A model generated the notes under the pieces. The model did not search any database, was not told the DNA's origin, and saw nothing but the letters and a program-made list of their open reading frames with translations. Source: Bdellovibrio sp. (GTDB taxonomy: Bacteria; Bdellovibrionota; Bdellovibrionia; Bdellovibrionales; Bdellovibrionaceae). Taken from it: a DNA stretch of 16,981 nucleotides. The translations under genes and the position numbers were made by a program. Positions 16,769-16,981 of this stretch are shown piece after piece (position 1 is the first letter of the stretch; every line of letters begins with the position of its first letter). The stretch covers positions 1 to 16,981 of the forward strand of contig JBKCUU010000022.1 of the NCBI GenBank assembly GCA_046318155.1. Reading direction: 5' to 3'.

Positions 16769-16981
16769 CTACCTCAGCTGCGGAAGCATTTTGGGCGGGG
16801 CCCATTTGGCTTCGATGGCGTACAAATTGGCTTCATTCGAAACAAAGTAAACCATGTTGTGCCGGTCATCGATCGCCGGTGGAGACAATATCCCTCTCCC
16901 CGGCTCAAAATGCCCCAACTCTCGCCCGGCGCTGGCCTCAACAAAGCGCAAGCTTCCCAGAGACTCGCCGTAAACGATCAC
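16769..16981 (-). CDS. C-terminus of PQQ-like beta-propeller protein (BamB-like); partial, start outside window
   Basis: Propeller blades VYGESLGSLRFVEASAGREL and SPPAID..VYFVSNEANLYAI. The frame is open to the window edge. Confidence 0.65.
   Translation of the reverse strand: MIVYGESLGSLRFVEASAGRELGHFEPGRGILSPPAIDDRHNMVYFVSNEANLYAIEAKWAPPKMLPQLR

Overview
A mostly chromosomal window. Gene content suggests a Bdellovibrionota-like bacterium, which is an inference. The left end (1-2890) is a visibly AT-richer three-gene block next to the 3' end of tRNA-Val(GAC). It holds a Fic-domain gene, a lipoprotein with a DUF6973-like C-terminus, and a small membrane-anchored protein. The Fic gene is interrupted by a 179-bp fully palindromic, TA-bounded MITE/RPE-like element (1-179). 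A lone 15-bp copy of that element's end recurs at 5540-5554 and supplies the mscS stop codon. Next comes a compact operon of type III PKS, a His/Glu-motif membrane protein and a UbiG-like O-methyltransferase. The rest contains MscS, a Cys-rich secreted/anchored protein with a sigma28-like promoter, an RDD protein, a collagen-like lipoprotein, an RNA m5U methyltransferase, a PD40/PA/M28/PDZ peptidase, a SIMPL protein, an alpha/beta hydrolase, a lipoprotein and the 3' end of a PQQ-repeat (BamB-like) gene. A well-formed XerCD dif-like site at 15391-15418 suggests this is the replication terminus.
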